The notes under the pieces: generated by a model
Told to the model about the DNA's origin: nothing
What the model saw: the letters and a program-made list of their open reading frames with translations, nothing else
The model's database searches: none
Shown: positions 20,619 through 30,288 of the stretch, in pieces
Layout of the letters: every line of letters starts with the position of its first letter
Numbering within the stretch: the first letter of the stretch is position 1
Virus record (IMG/VR): IMGVR_UViG_3300050821_020196
Coordinates: 6,527-70,526 of that record
Reading direction: 5' to 3' (one strand)
DNA length: 64,000 nt
Source of the DNA: a virus
Program-made: the position numbers and the translations under genes

Positions 20619-22382
20619 ATGGCGAATAATTCCGATTTCCCGCAATCGATCGATAATTTCTTCGATCCGGATCCAACCACGCCGTTGGATGACGCGACCA
20701 ATCCGCACCATCTTATCGAAGGGCGGCAAAACGATGCGATAGCCTCTATTCAGACGAAGGTGGGGATTGATAATTCGGGAGACCCGAATTCGCTCGATTT
20801 TATTATCCGCAACCTGAATGCGGTGGTAACGCAAACGACGGCGCTCTTTACCCTCCCTCCGGCGGACGGAACGACGACGGTTACGGTCGCGGTTATCTCC
20901 ACGGCTAACCTAGAGGTCGGCTTCGGGGTCTTTATCCCCAATGCCGGGCTCTTCGCGGTAAATGCCATTGTCGATGGCACCCATGTTACCCTCGTCCTCC
21001 TTCCTTATCCGGGGAACGTTTTTACCGGCAATATCCTACCTAACTCCGAGGTTTATAACGTCGGCGTTTCCTCTCCGGCAACGTCGGGGATGCTCGGCCT
21101 TCTTCCGATTCCTCCCGGGGACCCGGGCAAGATCCTCCTCGGTAACGCGACTTGGGGCACGCCCGCCGGGTCGTTACCGCAACCTCCTCCCTCTAGCGGG
21201 GCGGGGTCGGCAACGACGGTCTGGTTGCAGGGGACGGATAGCTGGCAAACATTGCCCCAGCACGCTTATACGAGCGCTCCCTTTACCGTTCCTTCGGCGG
21301 GGGGTACGGTTAGCGTTTCGATCTATCCGGCGGACTGGCCGATCGTGGGGGGCGATGTCTATTTTTCGGACGGCACTTCCCGGGGCTTCATGGATATTAT
21401 TTCCGCCGCCGGGAGCCCGGTTACCTCCCTAATTCTCGCGAATAATGGTAACGCCGTCCAAGGGGCTAATGTTAATGCCAACGCGGTTATTAAGCTCGCC
21501 GGAGTGCCCCGGGCTTCTTTCGGCAAGGACGGCCTCTTAATCGCTCCCATTAACGACGGGATCTCCTTTCTCCGGAGCGATAACGCCTGGGCGGTTCCGC
21601 CCCAGCCAACCTTGCCCCCGGGAGTTATTCTCCCCTTCGCCGTAGCGACCCCTCCTTCGGGATACCTTCTTTGCGACGGGACGAGTTACGGGACCAATGT
21701 TTACCCCAATTTATTTAACGCCATTGGGTACACTTTCGGCGGTTCGGGCGTTTCGTTTAATGTTCCCGATTTACGGGGAAGAACCCCTATCGGGGCCGGG
21801 CAAGGGACCGGTTTAACTAACCGGGTCTTAGGGGCGACGCTAGGAGAAGAGACGCACCTCTTAACCGTGGCAAAAATGGCTTCTCATACCCACGGCATGG
21901 ATCACAGCCATAATATCGCCGCCGGGCAATTTAGCCATACCCATTCTAAAACCGATCCTGGCCATGTGCATAGCATGGACCATTATCATAATATTTCGGC
22001 GGGGATCTTTACCCATACTCACGTCGATGCCGGGCACGCGCATAGTTATAATCAACCTCTGCATACTTCCGGACCTACGCTAGTAGCCGGTTCCGGTTTT
22101 ACCTATGGGGCGGAAAATACCGGTATCGGGGCCGCCGCTATTCAAAATTGGAATTCTCCCGCTTCGAATACCGTCTACGCTAGCCAAACCAACGCCGCCT
22201 GGGTGAATACGGTAGCGGCGGCGACGGGAATTAGCATCGTAGCGGCTACCCTCCCCGCCGGAGTAACGGCGACGGCGAGCGCGACCAACGCCGCCTACGC
22301 TAATACCGGGAGCCAAGGCGGTGGGACTGGGCATAACACGATGCCCCCCGCCCTCGTCTTAACCTACATAATTAAATATTGA
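20619..22382 (+). CDS. Tail fibre protein with tail-collar domain
   Basis: PSGYLLCDG...FNVPDLRGR, many HxH motifs, HNTMPP...YIIKY. Confidence 0.9.
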   Translation: MANNSDFPQSIDNFFDPDPTTPLDDATNPHHLIEGRQNDAIASIQTKVGIDNSGDPNSLDFIIRNLNAVVTQTTALFTLPPADGTTTVTVAVISTANLEVGFGVFIPNAGLFAVNAIVDGTHVTLVLLPYPGNVFTGNILPNSEVYNVGVSSPATSGMLGLLPIPPGDPGKILLGNATWGTPAGSLPQPPPSSGAGSATTVWLQGTDSWQTLPQHAYTSAPFTVPSAGGTVSVSIYPADWPIVGGDVYFSDGTSRGFMDIISAAGSPVTSLILANNGNAVQGANVNANAVIKLAGVPRASFGKDGLLIAPINDGISFLRSDNAWAVPPQPTLPPGVILPFAVATPPSGYLLCDGTSYGTNVYPNLFNAIGYTFGGSGVSFNVPDLRGRTPIGAGQGTGLTNRVLGATLGEETHLLTVAKMASHTHGMDHSHNIAAGQFSHTHSKTDPGHVHSMDHYHNISAGIFTHTHVDAGHAHSYNQPLHTSGPTLVAGSGFTYGAENTGIGAAAIQNWNSPASNTVYASQTNAAWVNTVAAATGISIVAATLPAGVTATASATNAAYANTGSQGGGTGHNTMPPALVLTYIIKY

Positions 22383-22391
22383 TTCCCCCCC

Positions 22392-23228
22392 CTAGAACGT
22401 CCAGACCGAGGGCGAGCAGATAAAGTTCGGGTTGCCGAAGCTCCCGTAGGGAAGAAGGGAGCTATCCGCGAAGTAGATTAACCCGGTAAGGAAGCTGGTA
22501 GCGGTAAAGAAGGAAGAGGCGATCGAGAGCGCGTTAGCTATCCAGTTATTTTTATAAGCGAAGTCGCCGAAAACCCCCGCCGCTCCCATCTCGCAAACGA
22601 AAACATTTTTCGTGGCGTCGGCGGTAGCGGCGGCGTTGAACTTCGCGCTTACGATGTCGCTAAAGGCTTGCGGGTTTCCGTAAACGAAGGTGTCGTAGGG
22701 GGCGTAGGAGTAGGCGGAGATCCCGATAATGTCTACCACGTCTCCGAGGGGGTAGTAGAGGAAGGCGTTAGCCGCCCCGTCCGGGCTCCAGATGTAAGTC
22801 GCCGGGAAGGCCGAGGGAAGGAGGATCTTAAGCCGGTTTACGACGTAGCGGTAGGCGGCGATATAGCCGTTCGGGTCATTGGTCGCCCAGTCGTAGACCC
22901 CCCGATTAGCCGGTAGCTCCATCCCCGGCCCCCAACGGAAGTAGACGCTTACCCGGGCGGAAGCGAGATCGGCGGCGAGCGCGTTAATCGTCGCGTCGTA
23001 GAGCCCGGCGGCGATGTCGGATAAGAGGGTCGCGCTCGACGAGGCGAGGGCGAAATCGGTAAAGGGGAGAACGGTTAAAAGAAGGGTGCGCCCCCGGTTG
23101 GTAGCCCCTAAGGCGGCGTTGTAAGCCGTGCCGGGGGTATAGCCGCTCCAATTGAGGAAGACGTGTTCGTAAGTAAGGTTAGTCGCGTTGCGAAAAAGGC
23201 CCCGAGGATCGTAGACGCCGAGTTGCAT
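22392..23228 (-). CDS. Glycoside hydrolase family 26-like protein
   Basis: GLYDATI, YFRWG, YIAAYRYVV, IWSP, YYP..VVDIIGISAY, VCEMG. Confidence 0.75.
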   Translation of the reverse strand: MQLGVYDPRGLFRNATNLTYEHVFLNWSGYTPGTAYNAALGATNRGRTLLLTVLPFTDFALASSSATLLSDIAAGLYDATINALAADLASARVSVYFRWGPGMELPANRGVYDWATNDPNGYIAAYRYVVNRLKILLPSAFPATYIWSPDGAANAFLYYPLGDVVDIIGISAYSYAPYDTFVYGNPQAFSDIVSAKFNAAATADATKNVFVCEMGAAGVFGDFAYKNNWIANALSIASSFFTATSFLTGLIYFADSSLLPYGSFGNPNFICSPSVWTF

Positions 23229-23248
23229 CGACCGTTAAATACTTCTAG

Positions 23249-24241
23249 ATGGGTAATTCAGTTCGAGCGGATGGCTTAAGTCTTACCCCGGAGGGGAAAG
23301 TGCGCACCGTCTTCCATCCGGAGGGGGTTTCCGAAAAGGAGCTTTTCTTTAATGAGGAAAAGGTGGCCGCCCTTATCGTCGAGTACCAACGGGGGAAAGA
23401 GGAACGGGTCTGGCAGGAGATCGTGCTCGAAAGCCTCTCCGCCATCGAGGCCTTAATTAAGCATTACCGCTTTCACCAGTACGACGAGGTGGAGGCCATC
23501 CGGGGAGATTGCATTATAAAGCTCCGCCGAATAATCGAGGTTTACGATCCGGCCCGGGGGCGGGCTTTCTCGCATATTTTTTGGTCGTTAAAAAATTTCC
23601 TGATAAGCTTCGCCCGCAATTCCCGCCGCCGGAGCGAAACTTTTAGCGGCTTAGAGGAGTTTGGGGATACGCTTGCCGCCTCGACGCTTTATGGGTTAGA
23701 GCTAAGCGAACACTTTAAAACCCGGGTGCTCCGGATCGAGACCCGTTTTTCGCTCCCGATCGAGAAGGAGGCCATCCGCTTCTTAATCGTCTATTTCCTT
23801 CTAGAGGGCCTAGGCAATGCCCGGCCCCGTCTTCTCCCTTTCCTTTGCGGGCATTATGGCTTCCCCCGGGGAGAGGCGGAGCTACTCTACGCCTACGCCT
23901 CCGTTCTCCTCCGGGGAGCCCTTTTCGAGGAGTACCCGACCCAACTCGGTTTCGATTTCGAAGAGCTAAGGCATAGCCGCAAAGGAAAACGCTTTTTCGA
24001 AATCGCCCGCATCGTAGGCCGGGAGAATTTCTTGAAGTTGATCTACATTTTCGGGGGGGTTACCGTCCGTCTCCCGGAAAAGGGGGAAGAAGCTCGTTTA
24101 AAGGCCGCCGCCCGCTTTCTCGCTTCGTTAGGAACGGTTTCGAAGGAGCCTCCGCTAAAGAGGGGAGAGGCGGAGGAAACCCTCCTCTCCGGGGCGCTAA
24201 AGGGCTTCGATCGCACCGGGCCGCTCTTCGAGGAAACTTAA
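23249..24241 (+). CDS. Sigma-region-2 (gp55-like) protein with Mor-like C-terminal segment
   Basis: YDPARGRAFSHIFWSLKNFLISFAR (sigma 2.3-2.4); IVGRENFLKLIYIFGGVTVRLP (Mor-like). Confidence 0.7.
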   Translation: MGNSVRADGLSLTPEGKVRTVFHPEGVSEKELFFNEEKVAALIVEYQRGKEERVWQEIVLESLSAIEALIKHYRFHQYDEVEAIRGDCIIKLRRIIEVYDPARGRAFSHIFWSLKNFLISFARNSRRRSETFSGLEEFGDTLAASTLYGLELSEHFKTRVLRIETRFSLPIEKEAIRFLIVYFLLEGLGNARPRLLPFLCGHYGFPRGEAELLYAYASVLLRGALFEEYPTQLGFDFEELRHSRKGKRFFEIARIVGRENFLKLIYIFGGVTVRLPEKGEEARLKAAARFLASLGTVSKEPPLKRGEAEETLLSGALKGFDRTGPLFEET

Positions 24242-24268
24242 AAAGAGGGGAATTAGTATTTTAGGGGG

Positions 24269-24634
24269 ATGGCAAACGACGTTCTCCTGGATAACCCGGG
24301 CACTCTTTTCGATTGGCCGAACGAGCCCTTCGATTCGGGCCCTTGGCCCGCGCCCTACTCCGGACCGACTTCCGCTCCTCTTCTAGAGGACGCTACCGGT
24401 TACCCTTTTAGCGTCGCTTCGCTTTACCGGTGCGTTGCCGGGGATACCCCGGACCTAGTTTCCTTTAAGTGCTACGCCTCGGAGTGGTACTCCAACGTCA
24501 TCTTGGACGCCAATCCCGGCTATAACGCGACGACCATCTTCGACGGCGGCTCCATTCTTTATATCCCGCCGATCTACCAGGCCCGCTCGCTCCCGTTGCC
24601 GCCCTGGTTAACCGGGCAGGTCTTAACCTCATGA
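24269..24634 (+). CDS. Tail protein X (LysM-like)
   Basis: GDTPDLVSFKCY...ILDANPG...GSILYIP...LPPW. Confidence 0.85.
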   Translation: MANDVLLDNPGTLFDWPNEPFDSGPWPAPYSGPTSAPLLEDATGYPFSVASLYRCVAGDTPDLVSFKCYASEWYSNVILDANPGYNATTIFDGGSILYIPPIYQARSLPLPPWLTGQVLTS

Positions 24635-25659
24635 ATCTCGGCTCGGCAGTTCTCGGTGCTCTTTCCGTCTTTAATAAACCGGCTTGCACCGGTCGGGTCA
24701 TTCTGGTCTACACCCCGAAGGCGGCGGGGGCGGTAGGAGTGGATATAAGCTCGCTAATCTCTAATAACTTAATCGAATTTAGTTATAAGGATTACCTCTC
24801 CTTCCATAACGACCCGATCGAGATTATTATTTCCGACCCGGACCGGCGTTTCTCGACGGAATGGACCTTCGACATCGGGGGAAGGTTAGACGTTACCCTC
24901 GAACAGGATAATTGGGGGACCATCGGTACCACCCAGGTCCAGCTAGGCATCTTCTTTATCGACGAGATCCAGATCGACGGCCCTCCCAATCTCGTCCACG
25001 TGCGGGCGACCACCTACGACCCGGCGCTCATCCTAAAGTACCAGCCGAATACTACTCGCATGGAGGCCAGTCAACCGGCCAATACGCAAGGGGGAAATTT
25101 CCTTCTCCAGGAACCGGCCACCGGCACCGGCACGACCTTAAAGGATTTCGCGGCTAAGGTGGCAAAGGAAGGCAATTACTCTCTTCAGTACATCGCCCCG
25201 ATTAACCCGGCGATTAATACCATCGGGCAAACGGAACTCTCCGATTTCGTCGCTCTAGAGAAGCATTGTCGCTCCTTTAACCTGATCTGTAAGCCGAATA
25301 AAGGCATCCTTTTTATCGCCGACGAATTGCAATTAGAGCAACTGGCCCCCTCCTATACGATAATGGCTCCTACCTCTACGGCGGCGGGAGGAATTAATAA
25401 CGGGGGGATCGAACACTGGTCTCTCGTGGTAAGCGTGCAGGATACCTACTACGCGGCGGTGCTCCGGAAATTGAATCCCAATACCGGTTCGGTTACCTCG
25501 GCGACTTATTCCGACCCGAATAGCAAATCGGGAGCGGCTTTAAAGAATACGAAATCGGATACCACGGTTAAGGGCACGGCGGACGTTATCCCCCTCGTCG
25601 GCCCGGATACGACGACCGGCGACCCGACGGCGAATAATCCCTTCGGAACTACGGCTTAA
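24631..25659 (+). CDS. Baseplate hub (P2 gpD-like), N-terminal part
   Basis: LGIFFIDEI...GPP, QTELSDFVAL. Confidence 0.8.
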   Translation: MNLGSAVLGALSVFNKPACTGRVILVYTPKAAGAVGVDISSLISNNLIEFSYKDYLSFHNDPIEIIISDPDRRFSTEWTFDIGGRLDVTLEQDNWGTIGTTQVQLGIFFIDEIQIDGPPNLVHVRATTYDPALILKYQPNTTRMEASQPANTQGGNFLLQEPATGTGTTLKDFAAKVAKEGNYSLQYIAPINPAINTIGQTELSDFVALEKHCRSFNLICKPNKGILFIADELQLEQLAPSYTIMAPTSTAAGGINNGGIEHWSLVVSVQDTYYAAVLRKLNPNTGSVTSATYSDPNSKSGAALKNTKSDTTVKGTADVIPLVGPDTTTGDPTANNPFGTTA

Positions 25660-25666
25660 TTTTTTT

Positions 25667-26221
25667 ATGGCAGATCCAGCCCCCGTCAGCGGCAATTTTC
25701 TTATTCAGGAACCGGTTAGCGCTAACACGAATAACCTAGATCTTAAGCGTCAACAGGCATTACTCCACGAGAAAAATAAAAGCGCCCATAAAACGCATAT
25801 CGTGCTTCCGCTCGACATCCGGCTCGCCTCCGGGATCGTCGTTTACCTCGATCCGGGCTGGGGGCCGGAGTTCTCCGGCAATTGGTTAATCGAGGAGTGC
25901 ACTCACCGGATCGGCTCCGCCGGGGAAACCATGCTCGAAATGCATAAGTGCATGGGCTGGTCGCCCGACCCGCCGGTGAACTCCGCCGGGCCGAATGCCT
26001 CTCCTACCGCCGCCGCCGTGGCAACCCCGGAAAGCGGTTCTCCGACTCCGCTAAACGTCCAGCTAGGGACCAACGTAAGCGCGGTGCCTCCGGGAAGCGT
26101 TTATAACCCGTTGCCCGCTTCCCCGCTCGCTCCGGCGGCCTCCGCCCAGATCCCGACTTTTACGGAGACGGTAAACGAAGAGCTACTCGCCCCGAGCGGC
26201 ACCGGTCTCGGCGGTACCTAA
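25667..26221 (+). CDS. Baseplate hub C-terminal part as a separate ORF
   Basis: GWGPEFSGNWLIEECTHRI...TMLEMHK, typical of the gpD C-terminus. Confidence 0.7.
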   Translation: MADPAPVSGNFLIQEPVSANTNNLDLKRQQALLHEKNKSAHKTHIVLPLDIRLASGIVVYLDPGWGPEFSGNWLIEECTHRIGSAGETMLEMHKCMGWSPDPPVNSAGPNASPTAAAVATPESGSPTPLNVQLGTNVSAVPPGSVYNPLPASPLAPAASAQIPTFTETVNEELLAPSGTGLGGT

Positions 26222-26230
26222 AACTTATCA

Positions 26231-26977
26231 ATGTCGGACCCCATCTTTAACGACTTCGGGACGCGGGGAGAGCTGCCTAATATCCGGCAGATTTACCGCG
26301 TGGGACTGGTCGTCGCCCAAGATCCGGTCCATTGCATGGTTCGGGTAAATTATCCGGACCGGGACGATATGGTATCCCCTTGGCTCCCGATCATGCAGAA
26401 AAGCACGGCGGGCACGCAGGATTTTTGGCTCCCCCGAATCGGGGAGCAAGTGCACGTCTTGCACACCATGGACGGGGATAGCCAAGGGGTCGTGCTCGGC
26501 GCTTCCTATTCGAGCGGTAATCCGACGACTTACGACGCCCGGGTAGCCTCGACTTCGCCCAATGCTCCGGGAAAAGGTCCTAACCCGGCGACTGGCGGTC
26601 CGAGTACCCGATCTCCGAGTAGCCCGAATGCCCGGCATCTCGTTTTCGAGGATGGCGCTATTTTCGAGCACAACCCGGATAACGGGACGACGACGGCGAA
26701 TACCCAGGGGCCTTTCCAGATCGCCACTACCGGCTACGTGCACGTTTATGCCGGGGCGACGATCGACGTTACCGCCGGGAGTACCATTACCATTAAGGGC
26801 GGGGGGACGGTCTTGATAACCGCCCCGCTTATTAACGCCAATGGAGTGCTTATCGACGCCAATGGCAACGTTACTATTCCCGGGACTTTGCATGTTACGG
26901 GGGCTTCAACTTTCGCCCGGGGCGGTTCGGCCACGCCAAACATTACCAATACCTCCGGGAGCGGTGGGGGCTCTTAA
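26231..26977 (+). CDS. Baseplate spike (gpV-like)
   Basis: VRVNYPDRD..SPWLP, WLPRIGEQV, GVVLG, FEDG. Confidence 0.9.
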   Translation: MSDPIFNDFGTRGELPNIRQIYRVGLVVAQDPVHCMVRVNYPDRDDMVSPWLPIMQKSTAGTQDFWLPRIGEQVHVLHTMDGDSQGVVLGASYSSGNPTTYDARVASTSPNAPGKGPNPATGGPSTRSPSSPNARHLVFEDGAIFEHNPDNGTTTANTQGPFQIATTGYVHVYAGATIDVTAGSTITIKGGGTVLITAPLINANGVLIDANGNVTIPGTLHVTGASTFARGGSATPNITNTSGSGGGS

Positions 26978-27001
26978 AATGCCTTCCTCGTATTTCTTAG
27001 C

Positions 27002-27913
27002 ATGTCGATCGCGTTTTGGGGTCCGATTCCGTTAAGCTGGTCCGGCCTAGGGGGGCCCGCCCCGACGCAAAACATTTCCCGCAAAAGTTCGATTAAGTAC
27101 CACGACCACCCGATCGCCCTAAGCTATCCTCTAACCGAGTTCGTCGGTTACGAACTCCGGCAAGTGCGGTTAACCTGCCACCTTTGGTACCCATACACGA
27201 TCGCCCCTAATCTCGCTTACGCCGCCCTAGCTCAACTCCTCGATCTCCGGGTGCCGATGCCGCTCTTTATTAATGGCTCCTTACAGGGGCGAGGCGGCTC
27301 CCTCTTTACCCTCCGGGGAATAAACGAAACCTGGGAAGTACACGGGATTAAGGCTAAGTTCGAGCTGGAGTTCACGGAGTACATGACGACGGTCTCCGGC
27401 AACCAGTTCCTGGCTATTGCCTCGACCGCTCTCTCGCTTATCCCCGGCCTCGGGAACGCGGCGGGAATCGTCGGCAGAATAAGTGCTCTTCCGGCGCTCG
27501 GGAACGCCTTAGGCGGGACGGTCGGCCCCTTAAGCGGGATCGTAAACGCCGTCTCCGGCACGGTTAACGCCGTCTCCGGCACCCTCTCTAGCGTAGCCGG
27601 GCAGATTTCCGGCGGCCTGGCGGCGAGCGTTTTCGGCGGCGGGGGTCTCGGGGGATTAATCCCGGCGGGAGTAGCGGCTATTGCCGGAGGGCCGGGAGCG
27701 GCTATCGGCACTCTCGTTTCGAACGCCGTCGGGGTCGTCTCTTCCCCGGCGGTCGCTTCCGTTGCCGGAGCGGCGGCGACCTCGGTTATTAATTCTTCCG
27801 GCACGGCGGGGGAAGCCTTCCATGGCGATCTCGCTAGCGGCACCGGCTTACCGGGGGCGGTCGGCAATGCCGTTTCCGGAGCGGTCAAGGCCTCCGTAAC
27901 GAGTATTACTTAA
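27002..27913 (+). CDS. Tail tube initiator (gpU-like) with Gly/Ala/Ser-rich extension
   Basis: EFVGYELRQVRL...LEFTEY. Confidence 0.75.
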   Translation: MSIAFWGPIPLSWSGLGGPAPTQNISRKSSIKYHDHPIALSYPLTEFVGYELRQVRLTCHLWYPYTIAPNLAYAALAQLLDLRVPMPLFINGSLQGRGGSLFTLRGINETWEVHGIKAKFELEFTEYMTTVSGNQFLAIASTALSLIPGLGNAAGIVGRISALPALGNALGGTVGPLSGIVNAVSGTVNAVSGTLSSVAGQISGGLAASVFGGGGLGGLIPAGVAAIAGGPGAAIGTLVSNAVGVVSSPAVASVAGAAATSVINSSGTAGEAFHGDLASGTGLPGAVGNAVSGAVKASVTSIT

Positions 27914-27925
27914 ACTTTTTACGTT

Positions 27926-28393
27926 ATGGCCTTTAATCTGGCGATCAATATTCAAGTAAAAGGGAAGCAAATGGGCATCGCTTCCGGCCCGATTAATTGG
28001 AATCCGGATCAGGGGAGCGCGGAGGAGATCGTCCAATGCGTAAAGATGATTCTTTTTACCCCCATCTTTAGTCAGGTGCTCGACCGGCGGCTGGGAGTGA
28101 ATATGAACTTCCTCGACCTCCCGCAAAATAAGGGCATGGCGCTCATGCGCTTCGCCATGTCGATGGCTATCCAGGTTTTCGAGCCCCGCTTCGTCGTCGA
28201 GCAAATCCTCTTTAGCGGGGGCGACCCGAGCGACCCGGGCACCGTAGTAGCCAATATCCTCGGGCACCTTAATACCTCCGCCCCGGTGCCCTCGACGGCG
28301 AATGCCGTGCTCGGGAGCGGTCTCCTAACCTACGTCTGTACGACGGATGTTAATGGTAACCCTCTCGTTAATACGGCGCTGGTAAGCTCCTAA
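27926..28393 (+). CDS. Baseplate gpW/gp25-like protein
   Basis: EIVQCVKMILFT..LDRRLG..LDLP..AIQVFEPR. Confidence 0.85.
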   Translation: MAFNLAINIQVKGKQMGIASGPINWNPDQGSAEEIVQCVKMILFTPIFSQVLDRRLGVNMNFLDLPQNKGMALMRFAMSMAIQVFEPRFVVEQILFSGGDPSDPGTVVANILGHLNTSAPVPSTANAVLGSGLLTYVCTTDVNGNPLVNTALVSS

Positions 28394-28408
28394 CGTACTT
28401 ATTCCGCA

Positions 28409-29685
28409 ATGGCCGATATTTCTCCGCTTCCCGCCTTCTCCGGTCTCCCGCCGCTGGCCTTCGCGGTCAAGGACCCCACGCTGATAGTGACGAATATTAT
28501 CGCCGCCACGGAAGCCTTCTATCTCCAGAATACCGGCAAGGCCATCTCTCTCGCCGAGGCCGATCCCCGCCGTCTCTTCCAGCTAGTTAACGCCGCCCTC
28601 TTTTCCCAACAGAGGGTGCTCATGGATTTTTGCAATAAGCAAAATTTGGTTGCCTTTAGCCAAGCCCCCTTCCTCGACGCCCTAGCCGGAAACTGGGGCT
28701 ACGATCATAATGGCAATCTAATCGCCGAGCGCAAGGCGGCCACGTCGGCGCAGACGACGATGCAATTTAGCGTCCCGGCCCCGCTGACCACTGTCTTAAC
28801 CATTCCGGCGAGCACCCAGATCGGAGCGGCTAGCGGAGCGGTCTTCCTTACCGACGCCGACGCCAATATACCGCTCGGGAGTACGACGATTATAGTCTCG
28901 GCCAGTTGTAGCGTGCCGGGATCGGTCGGCAACGGCTTCCTAGCCGGACAGGTTATCCAACCGGTCAACTGGCCGCAAACGCTTACGGTTAACAACGTTA
29001 GCGCAACGAATATCGATACTTCCGTCGGCGGTTTCGACGCGGAGAACGATTTCGATTTCGCTAACCGCCAGCTTCTATCCCGGACGGCTTCGGGGGCGCG
29101 GGTCCGATCGGCCCTTATAAGCGGGCCATTGCCGGAACGAAGACGGCCATTCTCGACTCGGCGATTATCGGCCCCCAGGTGCCGCAACTTCTCTCCCCGA
29201 CCTATAACGGCGGTCCTCCCTTCCCGGCGGGCACGGTCAATATTTACGTTATCGAGCAAGGGGCGAACGGCCCAGGGATGCCCAACGCCTCCACCCTCGC
29301 CGCCGTGCAAGCGGCGTGCGATGACGACTGGACGCGACCGACGACGGATTACGTCTTCTGCCAGGCCCCCTCCGGAGTTCCCTTTAGCGTAAGTGTGCAA
29401 TGGTTTTGCGACGTCGATAACCTCCCCAACCAGACGAACATCGCCCAGGCCATGCTCAATACGGCGAATAGCTACGCTCTTTGGCAATCGTCGAAGATCG
29501 GGCGCTCGCTTAACCCCTCCTACGCTACCCAACAATTTATGGCCACCGGAGCCTCTTCGGTAAAGGTGATCTCCCCCGTCTATACCGATCTTCAACCGTA
29601 TCAGGTCCCCGTTCTAGCCGCTACTTCCGGGGTGCCCAATATCTCGGTCGCCTTTATGGGACTGGCCTCCGACCTAGTAAATTAG
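28409..29685 (+). pseudogene. Baseplate J-like protein, frameshifted near 29079
   Basis: ADPRRL, VPGSVGNG, GGFDAE in frame 1; GAGP..PY, PAGTVNIY, RPTTDYV in frame 2; one extra C in tcccgg joins them. Confidence 0.8.
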
Positions 29686-29687
29686 CA

Positions 29688-30272
29688 ATGGCCACCTTCC
29701 TCCCTAACGTTAGCTTTACCGATCTCCTTAGCCCGGCCTTAGCCGGAGATCCGGTCGCCTATGCCATGGCGCAAGCGCTCGACGCGGAGATGCAGGACAT
29801 TTCCCGGGCCATCCGTACCGGGCTAACCCTTTGCAATCTGGAAGAACAACCGGATCTTGTCCTCGATTACCTAGCCGTCCAGTTCGCCGTCTGGGGGTAC
29901 TCGACGACCTTCCCCCTCGACCAGAAAGTGAGCATGATCCGCAATTCCGTTTATTGGAATTCCTTTAAAGGCACGGCGGGCTTAATGAAGTCGGCGATTA
30001 CCCTTATCTTTGCCAATGTCACGATAATCCCTTGGTTCCAGTACGATCTAACGCAACCTTACCATTTTCGCATCGCCTGTGCGACTCCGCCCACTTCCGA
30101 CCAGATCGAGGTCATGAACATTTACGTTAACCAGCTAAAGAGCGTCCGGGATTACTTCGAGGGCTTTTTCGAAACCTTTTTCTCGACCAGCTCCCTCTTC
30201 GTGGGGATCTCCGAGTACACGATTATTGGAAGTTACATCGGTCCCGTGCCCCGGGGCTTCCCGTCCATTTAG
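29688..30272 (+). CDS. Tail protein I-like baseplate wedge
   Basis: VLDYLAVQF, KGTAG, PWFQY..PYHF, KSVR. Confidence 0.85.
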   Translation: MATFLPNVSFTDLLSPALAGDPVAYAMAQALDAEMQDISRAIRTGLTLCNLEEQPDLVLDYLAVQFAVWGYSTTFPLDQKVSMIRNSVYWNSFKGTAGLMKSAITLIFANVTIIPWFQYDLTQPYHFRIACATPPTSDQIEVMNIYVNQLKSVRDYFEGFFETFFSTSSLFVGISEYTIIGSYIGPVPRGFPSI

Positions 30273-30288
30273 TACTTAGAAAATAACG

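Noticed and set aside
26228-29595. Long antisense ORFs (26228-26893, 27232-27888, 28705-29595)
   Set aside because: Shadows of recognisable plus-strand baseplate genes in GC-rich DNA
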